Source of the DNA: Acidobacteriota bacterium
GTDB taxonomy: Bacteria; Acidobacteriota; UBA6911; RPQK01
Direction of reading: 5' to 3'
Assembly (NCBI GenBank): GCA_041946865.1
Contig: JBHGBF010000042.1
Span: 31 to 64,030, forward strand
DNA: 64,000 nucleotides
In this document: piece after piece, positions 28,306 through 37,505 of the stretch
How positions within the stretch are numbered: the first letter of the stretch is position 1
How the letters are laid out: every line of letters begins with the position of its first letter
Position numbers and translations under genes: made by a program
Notes under the pieces: generated by a model
Told to the model about the DNA's origin: nothing
What the model saw: only the letters and a program-made list of their open reading frames with translations
Database searches by the model: none

Positions 28306-29784
28306 GTGACCCAGACCGCCTTGCTCCACGTCCTGGCGGCGGCGTTTGTGTCCGTTGCTGCGGTGGTGCGTTGGTTGTTGCCGGACGTGCTCGGAGACAC
28401 TCCTTTTCTGGCCTTCTACCCGGCAGTGGTCGCGTCGGCCATGTTGGGTGGGTTCGGGCCAGGAGTGGCGGCGACACTCGGCGCCACACTGTGCTACTTG
28501 CTCTGGTTCGATCCTGATCCTGGGACGACCTTCAGCAGGGAATTCGTGGACTGGATTCGCATCGCCATCTTCGCGGCCGGGGGCGTTGGAGTCAGCTTTC
28601 TCGCCCGGCGGCAACAGCTCGCACGCGCGCGGGAGCGCCGGCAGGCCGAAGAGGTCATGGAACAGGCGAGCTTTCGGCAGGCGGTCATGGCCAACATGGG
28701 AGAGGGCCTTTTCACCGTCGATTCCCAGGGCCTGATTACGTACATGAATCCGGCTGCCGAGCGCGCTGTCGGTTGGACTTTCAGCGAACTGGCAGGCCGT
28801 CGAATCCACGACGCGAACCACTATAAACACCCGGAGGGCATGCCTTACCCGATCGAAGAATGCGCCTGGCGGCGCGCTCTTTACCAGGGCGCGATCCTGA
28901 CAAACCACGAAGACACTTTCATCCGCAGGGACGGCAGTTTTCTCCCCGTGGTCCTGAGCTCGGCGCCTCTGGGCCGAGATAAAGCTGCAGGGCTGGTCAT
29001 CGTCTTTCGCGACGTGAGCCGGCAAAAGCAGGCGGAGGAAGAGCTGCGCGAAATCAACCGGACGCTCGAACAGCGCGTCGAAGAGCGCACGGCAGAGCTC
29101 GAGCGCCGGGCCGAAGAGCTCCGCGCTTTGGCCGCAGAACTGGCCCGGACCGAGCAGCGCGAGCAGCGCCGGCTGGCCCAGTGGCTGCACGACGACCTTC
29201 AGCAGCTCCTCGTGGCGACCAAGATGCAGATTGCCCTCACCCTGTCCGCCGTCCAGGAGCGGGGTTTGCGGCAGCTCTTGGAAAAGGCCTGCCGGTTGAT
29301 CGACGAGTCGATCGGACAATCACGATCGCTCACCACCGAGCTGACGCCGCCGATCCTCTATCAGAGCGGCCTGGTGCCCGGGCTCGAGCAGCTTGCCCAC
29401 TGGGTCAAAGAGAAGCACCGCTTGGATGTCGCCGTGGAAACGACCACCGATGTCAGTCCCGAGAATCAGGAAGCGGCGGTTGTGCTTTTTAGCGCGGCCC
29501 GCGAGCTGCTTTTTAATGTCGTCAAACACTCTGGAGTGCATCAGGCACGGGTGACCCTCAGTCAGAAGGAGGGACGAGTCCAACTGGCCGTGGAGGATCA
29601 GGGTGTGGGTTTTGACCTGGCGGTCCTTCGGGATGGAACCAAGGCCGGTTTCGGGCTGCTCAATATCCGGGAGCGTCTGCGTTCAATCGGCGGGGACGTC
29701 CAGTTTCGAAGCGAGCCCGGGCAGGGAACCTGCGTAACGCTTATCGCCCCGGCAGCCCCCGACGCCGGAGCCACTCCAAGTTGA
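28306..29784 (+). CDS. Sensor histidine kinase (membrane, PAS, HisKA_3, HATPase_c)
   Basis: N-terminal transmembrane helices, a PAS domain, H-box 'WLHDDLQQLLVATK', N-box 'NVVKHSG' and G-boxes. The PAS-HisKA_3 module is paralogous to the C-terminal part of the 2188-aa protein. Confidence 0.85.
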   Translation: MTQTALLHVLAAAFVSVAAVVRWLLPDVLGDTPFLAFYPAVVASAMLGGFGPGVAATLGATLCYLLWFDPDPGTTFSREFVDWIRIAIFAAGGVGVSFLARRQQLARARERRQAEEVMEQASFRQAVMANMGEGLFTVDSQGLITYMNPAAERAVGWTFSELAGRRIHDANHYKHPEGMPYPIEECAWRRALYQGAILTNHEDTFIRRDGSFLPVVLSSAPLGRDKAAGLVIVFRDVSRQKQAEEELREINRTLEQRVEERTAELERRAEELRALAAELARTEQREQRRLAQWLHDDLQQLLVATKMQIALTLSAVQERGLRQLLEKACRLIDESIGQSRSLTTELTPPILYQSGLVPGLEQLAHWVKEKHRLDVAVETTTDVSPENQEAAVVLFSAARELLFNVVKHSGVHQARVTLSQKEGRVQLAVEDQGVGFDLAVLRDGTKAGFGLLNIRERLRSIGGDVQFRSEPGQGTCVTLIAPAAPDAGATPS

Positions 29785-30832
29785 CCTTGGATTGAATGGG
29801 GGAAGGGCTCGGAGGCGCGGTCCGGCTCCGAACCACGAGATCCGGTCGCGCTCTGACCCGGACCCAAAGCTTGTGCCGGCAGTCCGCAAGGTCCCCAGAA
29901 GGTCGGAAGATCAGCGTGTACGTGTGGCGCAGCTCGGTCACCAGTTGACTGAACGCACTCAGCAGGTGCGCCGTCTCGGTCGGCAGGAACATCTTCCCCC
30001 CGGTCTGGCCGGCGATAAGCTGCATCTGCTCCCTGGCCTGTTCCGTCACCCGATCGCGGGCCGCGGCCGCCGGCATCAGGAAGACGGCTAGTATGATGGC
30101 TTCGGACCGCCTGATTTCGCGATTGACTTGTTCAAAGTTGCTCCTGGACCCGTCGCCCGCGGCCTGCAGCCGGTTGTCCACGCCGTCACTGAAGATGACG
30201 ATCACCTTGCGGCCCTCGATTTCACTCAGAGTTTGAATAGAGTTGAGGAGCGCATCGTAAAAGGCCGTGCTGTCTTCCGGTCTGATGGACCTCAACTTCC
30301 GTTTGACAGCCGAACGGTCGCTGGTAAAGGGTTGAAGGATCGTGGACCGGGAGCTGAAGGTGGCGAGCGCCACCCGGTCTTCCGGCAGCAGTCCGCGCAG
30401 GAACCGATTGGCGACAGCTTTCTGCAGTCCCAGGTACCGGGTCGTGCTGGCGCTTACGTCGAGCAGGAGCATCAGATGAACAGGAACCTGGCTGGGAAGG
30501 CACCGATCTGCCATCCGCGGGACCCCGTCCTCGAGCAGCTCGAAGTCTTCTTTCTTCAGCTCTCGCACTGCGGTCCGGTGCCGCGGGTCCCAGACGGAAG
30601 CGCTCACTTGCGTCCAGGCGGCATCGACGTTGACCTTGAAACCCGTATCCAAAGGTTCCGCATAGGAGAGACTGTTCGGAGAGTTGGGTGAGTGGTCAGG
30701 ATCTCGTCTCTCTTGCCCGATCGGACGAGCTGAGACAGATCCGAAAGCCAACGCGAGGAAAAGGACAAGTGTCACACAGCCCCTTGCCTTCTGCACAAGT
30801 ACGGCCAGACCGTCAACCCTGATGAGGACCAT
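29741..30832 (-). CDS. von Willebrand factor type A (VWA) domain protein, N-terminal membrane anchor/signal
   Basis: VWA MIDAS-type motif 'LLLDVSAST' and 'IVIFSDGVDN', with a hydrophobic N-terminus. Its 3' end overlaps the convergent HK gene by ~44 nt. Confidence 0.7.
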   Translation of the reverse strand: MVLIRVDGLAVLVQKARGCVTLVLFLALAFGSVSARPIGQERRDPDHSPNSPNSLSYAEPLDTGFKVNVDAAWTQVSASVWDPRHRTAVRELKKEDFELLEDGVPRMADRCLPSQVPVHLMLLLDVSASTTRYLGLQKAVANRFLRGLLPEDRVALATFSSRSTILQPFTSDRSAVKRKLRSIRPEDSTAFYDALLNSIQTLSEIEGRKVIVIFSDGVDNRLQAAGDGSRSNFEQVNREIRRSEAIILAVFLMPAAAARDRVTEQAREQMQLIAGQTGGKMFLPTETAHLLSAFSQLVTELRHTYTLIFRPSGDLADCRHKLWVRVRARPDLVVRSRTAPPSPSPIQSKVNLEWLRRRGLPGR

Positions 30833-31147
30833 CTCATCCTCCCTCTGGATGAAGAGAGAAGGCTCACCGGCGTTTGCTCGTTTTAAGTCCTGGGAGGAGG
30901 AGCCGACACCTGCTGTATCAAGGCCCGACAGCAGTCTCGTGGCGCTCCGTTCCGGGCCCCCCGGAACGGAGAAAGCCGGCTATTAGCGCGTTTCCTCCGA
31001 TGAGAGAAGTATGGACCAAGACCGGCTCTGTGTATATCCTCAAACGGGGCCGAGTTACAAGAAGGAAGCTCTTGCGCGGCAAGCTGACTGGTTGTGACGG
31101 GCAACGAGCTTTCCGCCAGGCCGGCCACGAAACCAGGAGGGCTAAAA

Positions 31148-32167
31148 ATGCGTCGCTCAGTCGTCATTCTTTCTCTCATTGCTTTCTCGTACACCGTCTG
31201 GGGACAGGACCAGACGAAGAAGATCCTGGTCAGCAGTTCCGAGCCCGCTCTGGTCGAAAGGCTGAAGAGCGTGACTCCTTTGGCTCGGGTCGTCCCGGTA
31301 ACGGCCGAGACCGCCGCCCAGGAAATTGCCGATGCCGACGGGTTCATCGGCAATATCACGCCCGCGCTGGTCAAGGCCGGCAAGAAATTGAAGTGGGTTC
31401 AGGTCATGAGCGCAGGGGTCGAGAACGTTCTGCATCTGTCTGGCGGTAACGATCTGCGAGACAGCGACATTGTCCTGACGAACAACCAGATTGTGCAGGG
31501 GCCTGAGATTGCCGACCATGCTATGGCCATGCTCCTGACGTTGACACGCGATATCGATGCTTTTCTCGAGTACAAACGCCAGGGGGTCTGGCAGCGCAGT
31601 GGATACCAGGGGATCGAGCTGGATGGCCGCACGGCGCTGATCATCGGCGTGGGCGGGATTGGGACCCAGATTGCATTTCGGGCGTGGGCTCACGGCATGA
31701 ACGTGATCGGAGTGGATCCCGAAGACATCCCCTTCATGCCTGTCATTCGCAAAGTCGTCAAACCCGACCAGCTCCACGAGGTTCTCCCGGAAGCCGATGT
31801 GGTTTTCGTGTCCGCTCCGCACACCCCCCTCAGTCACAAGATGCTTGGGCCGAAGGAGTTCGGATTGATGAAGAAGGGCGCCTACTTCATCGCCGTAAGC
31901 CGTGGCCGGCTCTACGACATGGATGCGCTGGTCGGGGCGATCGAGAGCGGCCGCCTGGCCGGCGCCGGGGTGGACGTGACCGATCCGGAGCCGTTGCCCA
32001 AGGGCCATCCGCTGTGGAAGTGCAACAACGTGGTCATTACTCCGCACGTCGCCGGACGGTCGGACAAGGATCGCGCGCGCATGATCGGAACGATTGAGGA
32101 AAACCTGCGCCGTTTCGTGGAGGGCCGTCCCCTGGTGAACGTGGTGGACAAGCAGAAAGGTTACTGA
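31148..32167 (+). CDS. D-isomer-specific 2-hydroxyacid dehydrogenase family protein with predicted N-terminal signal peptide
   Basis: NAD-binding 'GVGGIGTQIA' and the catalytic region 'AVSRGRLYD…ITPHVAG'. Start set at the internal ATG 31148, which has an AGGAGGG ribosome-binding site. The N-terminus 'MRRSVVILSLIAFSYTVWGQ' looks like a signal peptide. Confidence 0.75.
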   Translation: MRRSVVILSLIAFSYTVWGQDQTKKILVSSSEPALVERLKSVTPLARVVPVTAETAAQEIADADGFIGNITPALVKAGKKLKWVQVMSAGVENVLHLSGGNDLRDSDIVLTNNQIVQGPEIADHAMAMLLTLTRDIDAFLEYKRQGVWQRSGYQGIELDGRTALIIGVGGIGTQIAFRAWAHGMNVIGVDPEDIPFMPVIRKVVKPDQLHEVLPEADVVFVSAPHTPLSHKMLGPKEFGLMKKGAYFIAVSRGRLYDMDALVGAIESGRLAGAGVDVTDPEPLPKGHPLWKCNNVVITPHVAGRSDKDRARMIGTIEENLRRFVEGRPLVNVVDKQKGY

Positions 32168-32192
32168 AGGAGGCGGCCGCAGCGGCCGCGCC
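32168..32192. terminator. Putative bidirectional GC hairpin between convergent genes
   Basis: 'gaggcggccgcagcggccgcgcctc' is an imperfect palindrome centred on GCGGCCGC. It lies between the stops of convergent genes. No clear U-tract. Confidence 0.25.
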
Positions 32193-33158
32193 TCAGATGC
32201 CTTTTTTGTCGAAGCGCACGGTCCGGGTGTCCTGCTCGAGTCCGGTCCTGACGGCCAGTGGCTGGTAGAGTTCCGGGCGCCTGGTCTTGATCCACCGCCT
32301 TCCGGTCGATTGCTCCAGCAGCCCGGCGTCCAGATCGGCGATCACCATGTCGTCGCCGGCCTTGCAGGTTTCGGAGAGGATCCGGCCGTAAGGATCGAGG
32401 ATCATGGCGTTGCCGGTCCGGACCTCGTCATCGTCCACTCCGACCCCGTTGCTGAAAACCAGGAACAGCCCGTTGTCGTGGGCCCTCGCGGGAAGCCACC
32501 GCATCAGCCAGCCCCGGCCCTTGGGACCGCACAGCTCGGCCTGTATGGCAGCCGGGTTCGAATGGCGTGCTTCCCAGACCGAGCGCTCGATAAGGCCCAT
32601 GATATGAGGGTTGATCGAGGCGCAACCGCCGGTTTGATGGGGCGCCAGCAGCACTTCGGCTCCTCGCAGGGCGGTAATGCGGACGTTTTCGCAGATGTTG
32701 ACGTCGTAACAGATCAGGACACCCACCCGGCAGCCGTGCGGATCGTCGAAGACCGTGTATTCGGAACCGGCCGACACGCATTCGTTCTCGAACGCGTGGA
32801 TCTTCCGGTGACGGGCCATCCGGCCGTCGGGCATGGCGACAATGTAGGTGTTGTACAGGCGTCCATCGTCTGCCTGCTCGATCAGTCCCGCCCCGATGGT
32901 CAGACCGGTCTCGCGGCTCAGGGAGAGGAGGGCCTGCGATGACGGGCCCGAAAACACCGGCTCTGCCAAAGCCTCCACTTCCGGACGGAAGAGACGGCGC
33001 AGAAACCAGTAGCCGGTCAGGCAGCATTCAGGGAAAGCGATGAGCTGGACTCCCCGCTTCGCCGCCTCCCGGGAAAAGCGCCTGACCTTCTCAAAGTTGG
33101 CCGCTTTGTCCTTGGGCAGGTGTTCAAACTGGACCGATGCTGCGCGAATGTTGTTCAT
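32193..33158 (-). CDS. Carbon-nitrogen hydrolase (nitrilase/amidase superfamily)
   Basis: Catalytic-triad context 'QLIAFPECCLTGYWF' (Cys) plus the E/K regions. 321 aa. Confidence 0.8.
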   Translation of the reverse strand: MNNIRAASVQFEHLPKDKAANFEKVRRFSREAAKRGVQLIAFPECCLTGYWFLRRLFRPEVEALAEPVFSGPSSQALLSLSRETGLTIGAGLIEQADDGRLYNTYIVAMPDGRMARHRKIHAFENECVSAGSEYTVFDDPHGCRVGVLICYDVNICENVRITALRGAEVLLAPHQTGGCASINPHIMGLIERSVWEARHSNPAAIQAELCGPKGRGWLMRWLPARAHDNGLFLVFSNGVGVDDDEVRTGNAMILDPYGRILSETCKAGDDMVIADLDAGLLEQSTGRRWIKTRRPELYQPLAVRTGLEQDTRTVRFDKKGI

Positions 33159-33167
33159 AGTGTTGCC

Positions 33168-33725
33168 TCAGGCGCGCCCCAGGTACTTTCCGGTCTCCGT
33201 GTCCACGCGCACGATATCTCCTTCCTTGATGAACTGCGGCGTGAGGATCTCCATGTTGTTTTCCAGGGTGACCTTCTTGTAAGTGCTCGTATCTTGCTCG
33301 TGGAGCGCGGGTGGCGACGTCACGACCTTCAGGTCGACGTGCTCCGGGAACAGAATCGCAAGGGCCTTGTCTTCGAGGAACAGACCCGTGACTTCCATGC
33401 CCTCGGTCAAGAATCTCGATTTCATTCCGAGTTGCTCCCGCGGAATCGGGATCTGATCATAGGTGCGCGGGTTCATGAAGACGTAATGATCTGCATCCTC
33501 ATAGAGATAATCGAGCTTCTGCTTGTCGACCTCGACCACATCCACCCGCTCGTCCGGCCGGAAGCGCTTCTCCGCCACGGCCCCGGTCATCAGGTTGCGG
33601 ACTCGAATGTGCTCGAGGCTGCCCATTTTGCCGCCACCCATGTGGTGTTCGGCAGCCAGAATCTGGCATAGGTGACCGTCGAGCCGAACAACCATTCCTG
33701 ACTTGAGATTAGACGCCGGGATCAT
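33168..33725 (-). CDS. efp: Elongation factor P
   Basis: 185 aa with the KOW-like N-terminus 'LKSGMVVRLDGHLCQIL' and the conserved EF-P central and C-terminal OB domains. Confidence 0.9.
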   Translation of the reverse strand: MIPASNLKSGMVVRLDGHLCQILAAEHHMGGGKMGSLEHIRVRNLMTGAVAEKRFRPDERVDVVEVDKQKLDYLYEDADHYVFMNPRTYDQIPIPREQLGMKSRFLTEGMEVTGLFLEDKALAILFPEHVDLKVVTSPPALHEQDTSTYKKVTLENNMEILTPQFIKEGDIVRVDTETGKYLGRA

Positions 33726-33828
33726 AGTTACCTCCGAGGATTTCGTATACCACAGTTTGGCGGCGAGGAAAAACGCGAGTTGAGTTTCAGCGACAAGTCA
33801 ACTAGACTAATTGTTTTTCCCGAGCCGT

Positions 33829-35040
33829 ATGGACAAAGAAGTACGCGCCCGACTTCGTGACGAGACGTTGGCAGTCGCTGGAGGAGAGGACCTGCATCCT
33901 CTGAACTCCTTTCAGCCGCCGATCTTCCAGACCACCAACTTCTGTTTCAACAGCATCGACGACATGGTCGCGCACGCCCAGGGTAAGCGTGACCAGTATC
34001 TCTACACGCGAAACGCCAATCCCACTCTGGAAGTCGTCGAGAAGAAAGTCGCGGCCCTGGAGAGCGGGGAAGCGGGACTCGTCACCGGTTCCGGCATGGC
34101 GGCGATGGCTTGCGCTCTGCTCGCCTTCCTGAAGAGCGGCGACCGCGTGCTGGCGGCAAGCAGTCTGTACGGCGGCACTCTTCACCTTCTCAATGACATT
34201 CTCTCGCGATTCAAGATCGGGACCGACTGGTTTGACATCGCCGACGCCGGCGCGCTCCCGCAACTGATTCAGCCCGCGACCCGGCTGCTCCTGGCCGAGA
34301 CGCCGACCAACCCGGCTTTGCGTCTTCTGCCGCTGGAAGAGACGGCCCGTTTTGCCAAGGAACACGGCCTCATCAGTGTCATCGACAACACCTTTGCCAG
34401 CCCCTTCAATCAGAAACCGATTGAATCGGGCTGGGATGTGGTGGTGCACAGCGCCACCAAGTACCTGGGCGGGCACTCGGATGTGACCGCCGGGGTGATC
34501 GTGTCGCGAAAAGAGCTGATCGAGCGCATGGCTTTCTTCCGGCGCTGGCTTGGAGGCGTGCTGGATCCTTCCGCCGGCTACCTGCTCATCCGCGGCGCCA
34601 AGACCTTGACGGTGAGGGTGAGCAGACAGAACGAAAATGCTCTGCGGATCGCCCGTTTTCTCGAGACCCATCCCGGGGTGCAGGGTGTCAACTACCCGTT
34701 CCTGGAATCGCACCCGCAGTACGAGCTGGCTCGGCGCCAGATGCGGGGCGGAGGCGGAGTGCTCTCTTTTACGGTGCGCGGCGGGTGGCCGGCGACCCGC
34801 GCGTTTTTCAACAGTCTTAAGACGATTCCCATTTCGACCAGCCTGGGCGGCGTTGAATCGCTCGTGACCTCGCCGTTCTGGACGTCACACTACGGGATGT
34901 CGGACGCCGAGTTGAAGAGCTCAGCCGTAACCGACAGCCTGGTGCGCATGTCCGTCGGCATCGAGGCGGTCGAAGACCTGTGCGCCGACCTCGGTCAGGC
35001 TTTGCGGGTCGCAGCTGCCGTTCCAACAGGTCGGGCGTAG
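33829..35040 (+). CDS. Cys/Met-metabolism PLP-dependent enzyme (cystathionine gamma-synthase / methionine gamma-lyase family)
   Basis: PLP-lysine region 'SATKYLGGHSDVTAGVIV' and the family-typical N-terminus. Start was set at the in-frame ATG 18 nt inside the track ORF, which begins with TTG. Confidence 0.8.
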   Translation: MDKEVRARLRDETLAVAGGEDLHPLNSFQPPIFQTTNFCFNSIDDMVAHAQGKRDQYLYTRNANPTLEVVEKKVAALESGEAGLVTGSGMAAMACALLAFLKSGDRVLAASSLYGGTLHLLNDILSRFKIGTDWFDIADAGALPQLIQPATRLLLAETPTNPALRLLPLEETARFAKEHGLISVIDNTFASPFNQKPIESGWDVVVHSATKYLGGHSDVTAGVIVSRKELIERMAFFRRWLGGVLDPSAGYLLIRGAKTLTVRVSRQNENALRIARFLETHPGVQGVNYPFLESHPQYELARRQMRGGGGVLSFTVRGGWPATRAFFNSLKTIPISTSLGGVESLVTSPFWTSHYGMSDAELKSSAVTDSLVRMSVGIEAVEDLCADLGQALRVAAAVPTGRA

Positions 35041-35050
35041 GACCTTGAGT

Positions 35051-35548
35051 ATGCAACCGCAGGATGTGATTGTGCGACGGGCCGCTAGAGAAATCAGGGG
35101 AAAACAAAAGGTCGCAATCGGACCCGGAATCCCGGAGCTTGTTGAGCAGGCCGTCGAGCCGGGAACGCAAGTTTTCCGTCTTAATGATCGAACCACCCGG
35201 ATACCCCCCTTGAAGATAGCGCTTGTGGAAGCAGCCGAAGTGTCCCAGGCCGGTGATCTGTGCCTCCCCCCCGATGTGCGCTGCGACGAGATCCAGGCCG
35301 AGGAATGGGTGGCGGTGACCACCCTTACAGACCCGAGCGGAAACCCCAAGATTGTCCGCAAATGCCACAGCAAGGTCTTTCGGCCGCATTGTGTGAAGAA
35401 GATCATCACCGAAAAAGGGGTGATCGAGGTGACCGACAAGGGCCTCGTCCTCAGGGAGGTCCGACCGGGCGTCGCCACCGACGATGTCAAGAAAGAAACC
35501 GCCGCCAGCCTTCATATTGCCGATGATTTGAAACTGATGGAGTTGTGA
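35051..35548 (+). CDS. CoA-transferase subunit-B-like protein (short, stand-alone)
   Basis: Collinear similarity to 3-oxoacid/acetate CoA-transferase subunit B ('RRAAREIRGKQKVAIGPGIPELV…' against 'RVAQEL.DGDIVNLGIGLPT'). It is only ~165 aa and no subunit A is adjacent. Catalytic Glu context not evident. Confidence 0.45.
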   Translation: MQPQDVIVRRAAREIRGKQKVAIGPGIPELVEQAVEPGTQVFRLNDRTTRIPPLKIALVEAAEVSQAGDLCLPPDVRCDEIQAEEWVAVTTLTDPSGNPKIVRKCHSKVFRPHCVKKIITEKGVIEVTDKGLVLREVRPGVATDDVKKETAASLHIADDLKLMEL

Positions 35549-35604
35549 GGCTGGCCCCAGAGTGGAAGCGCCTTCTCTGAGGGCGAACTGACGACTCCCC
35601 CCAA

Positions 35605-37470
35605 CTAGATGCGCTTGAATCCTCTCAGAACATCCTCAATCGAGATCCTTAACAGGATCGGCCGGCCGTGCGGGCAGGTGTAAGGGTCCTGGCAGAGCAT
35701 CAGGGTGTCGAGAATCCACTGCATCTTTTCGCGCGACAGCGGTGTGTTGATCTTGATCGCAGCCCGGCAGGCGATGCTGATGGCCAGCTTCTGCCGCAGC
35801 CGCTCGAGGCCTTCAACGGCTCGATCCCCCCGCAACTCGCGTGTGTCAAAGCTGCTCAGGATTTCCTCGAGCAGTTTCTGGGCGTCGCAGTGCCCGGCCA
35901 TCGCCGGTACTCCCTTGACCACAATCGTCTGGTTTCCGAACCAGTCCACCTCAAAGCCGTTGCGGTTCAGCTCGTCGTTCAAATGCTCGAAAACGGCAGA
36001 CTGACGAGGATCAAGCTGGAGAGTCCCCGGAACAAGCAGGCGCTGGACAGGCAGGTTCTCGCCGCTTTCCATGCTCTTGAGCGCCCGGTCATACAGGATG
36101 CGTTCATGCGCCACATGCTGGTCCACGAGCAGCACCGAGTCCCGCTCGGTCACGACGATGAAGCTCTCCACGAATTGGCCCAGGACAACGGGGGATCGCG
36201 CCAGGTGGGCGGTCTCCGGAATGGCGTCATCTCCGTGAGGATCGGGCGGGGGGCCCATGCTGGCAAAACCTGCAGCGATCGGATCAGCCTGGAACCCGCT
36301 CGGCAGGCTGGCCTGATAGGGGCTGGTCAGGCGAAATCCGCCAAGGTGATATCGCTCGGGAAGCGGGTGATCCGCCGCTGACGGCATGTCCCACAACCGC
36401 TCCTTACCTAAGGCCGGCTGGACCTGACTCCCGGGGATGGGCCTGGACAGTGCCGAGAAACTGGATTTTCCTTGGACGAGCGCACGTTCTATTGCCTGAC
36501 AGATGCCTGTGTAGACCGGGCTCGTATTGCGGAACCGTATCTCCGTCTTGCGCGGATGGACATTGACATCGATCTCCGCCGGGTCCAGCTCGACAAACAG
36601 AATAACCACAGGATAGACGGAGGCTGGAATGAGGTCTTGATAGGAGTCCCGGATGGCGCGGGTGAGCACGCGGTCACTGACGCTCCTCCCGTTAACGTAG
36701 AGAAACTGCGATCCCGGGGTGCTGCGCTGCTCATGCGGCAGCGACGTGAAACCCCGGATCCGGACCGTGTCATTCGAGAAATCCAGCTCCACGAGACTCG
36801 CCAGGAAATCCTGCCCGAAAACCTGGTAAACGCGCTCTCCGAGATCGGCGGCGCGCGTCGCCTGGAGCACGCTTCGCTTCTGATGGCTGAATTGAAACTC
36901 GACGTTCGGACAGGCCAGCGCGTAAGACATGATCTGCCGGGTGAGATGAGTCAGCTCGGTGGGAATGGATTTCAGGAATTTGCGCCGGGCCGGCACGTTG
37001 AAGAAGAGGTCCTCGACCGTGACCTCCGTGCCGGCCGGCCAGGCGATTTCGCCGGCACTTTTCAGGTTCCCTCCCTCGTAAACGATTTCCGTCCCCGGCT
37101 GGGGGCCTTGACCGGCGCCAGTCCTTTCCACCGTTCGGAGCCTCATCCGGGAAACGGAGGCAATCGAAGGAAGGGCCTCACCCCGAAACCCGAGGGTGCT
37201 GATGCGCGACAAATCATCGAAAGTCGAGATTTTGCTGGTGGCGTGGTGTTTGAAGGCAGTCCGCGCGTCTTCGGGACTCATCCCGACACCATCATCACGG
37301 ATTAATATGCGGCTGGTTCCGCCGTTGTCGGCCTCAATGACGATCTTCGTTGCCTGAGCATCGAGCGAGTTCTCGAGGAGCTCCTTGGCCACGGATGCCG
37401 GCCTCTCCACAATCTCGCCGGCGGCAATCTTATGGACCAGGACCTCCGGTAAAACCTGAACGCGCGTCAT
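35605..37470 (-). CDS. mutL: DNA mismatch repair protein MutL
   Basis: GHKL ATPase N-terminus 'VHKIAAGEIVERPASVAKELLENSLDA', a transducer domain and a C-terminal dimerisation domain. 621 aa. Confidence 0.9.
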   Translation of the reverse strand: MTRVQVLPEVLVHKIAAGEIVERPASVAKELLENSLDAQATKIVIEADNGGTSRILIRDDGVGMSPEDARTAFKHHATSKISTFDDLSRISTLGFRGEALPSIASVSRMRLRTVERTGAGQGPQPGTEIVYEGGNLKSAGEIAWPAGTEVTVEDLFFNVPARRKFLKSIPTELTHLTRQIMSYALACPNVEFQFSHQKRSVLQATRAADLGERVYQVFGQDFLASLVELDFSNDTVRIRGFTSLPHEQRSTPGSQFLYVNGRSVSDRVLTRAIRDSYQDLIPASVYPVVILFVELDPAEIDVNVHPRKTEIRFRNTSPVYTGICQAIERALVQGKSSFSALSRPIPGSQVQPALGKERLWDMPSAADHPLPERYHLGGFRLTSPYQASLPSGFQADPIAAGFASMGPPPDPHGDDAIPETAHLARSPVVLGQFVESFIVVTERDSVLLVDQHVAHERILYDRALKSMESGENLPVQRLLVPGTLQLDPRQSAVFEHLNDELNRNGFEVDWFGNQTIVVKGVPAMAGHCDAQKLLEEILSSFDTRELRGDRAVEGLERLRQKLAISIACRAAIKINTPLSREKMQWILDTLMLCQDPYTCPHGRPILLRISIEDVLRGFKRI

Positions 37471-37505
37471 AAGGACCGATTATAGGAGCCTACGATGACA
37501 ACCCG

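Noticed and set aside
28276-29319. 347-aa minus-strand ORF opposite the histidine kinase, and similar long antisense ORFs at 31157-32047, 45899-46834, 48983-49840, 51946-52797 and 55485-56312
   Set aside because: Each overlaps a plus- or minus-strand gene with clear homology and shows GC-rich antisense composition. None has motifs of its own.
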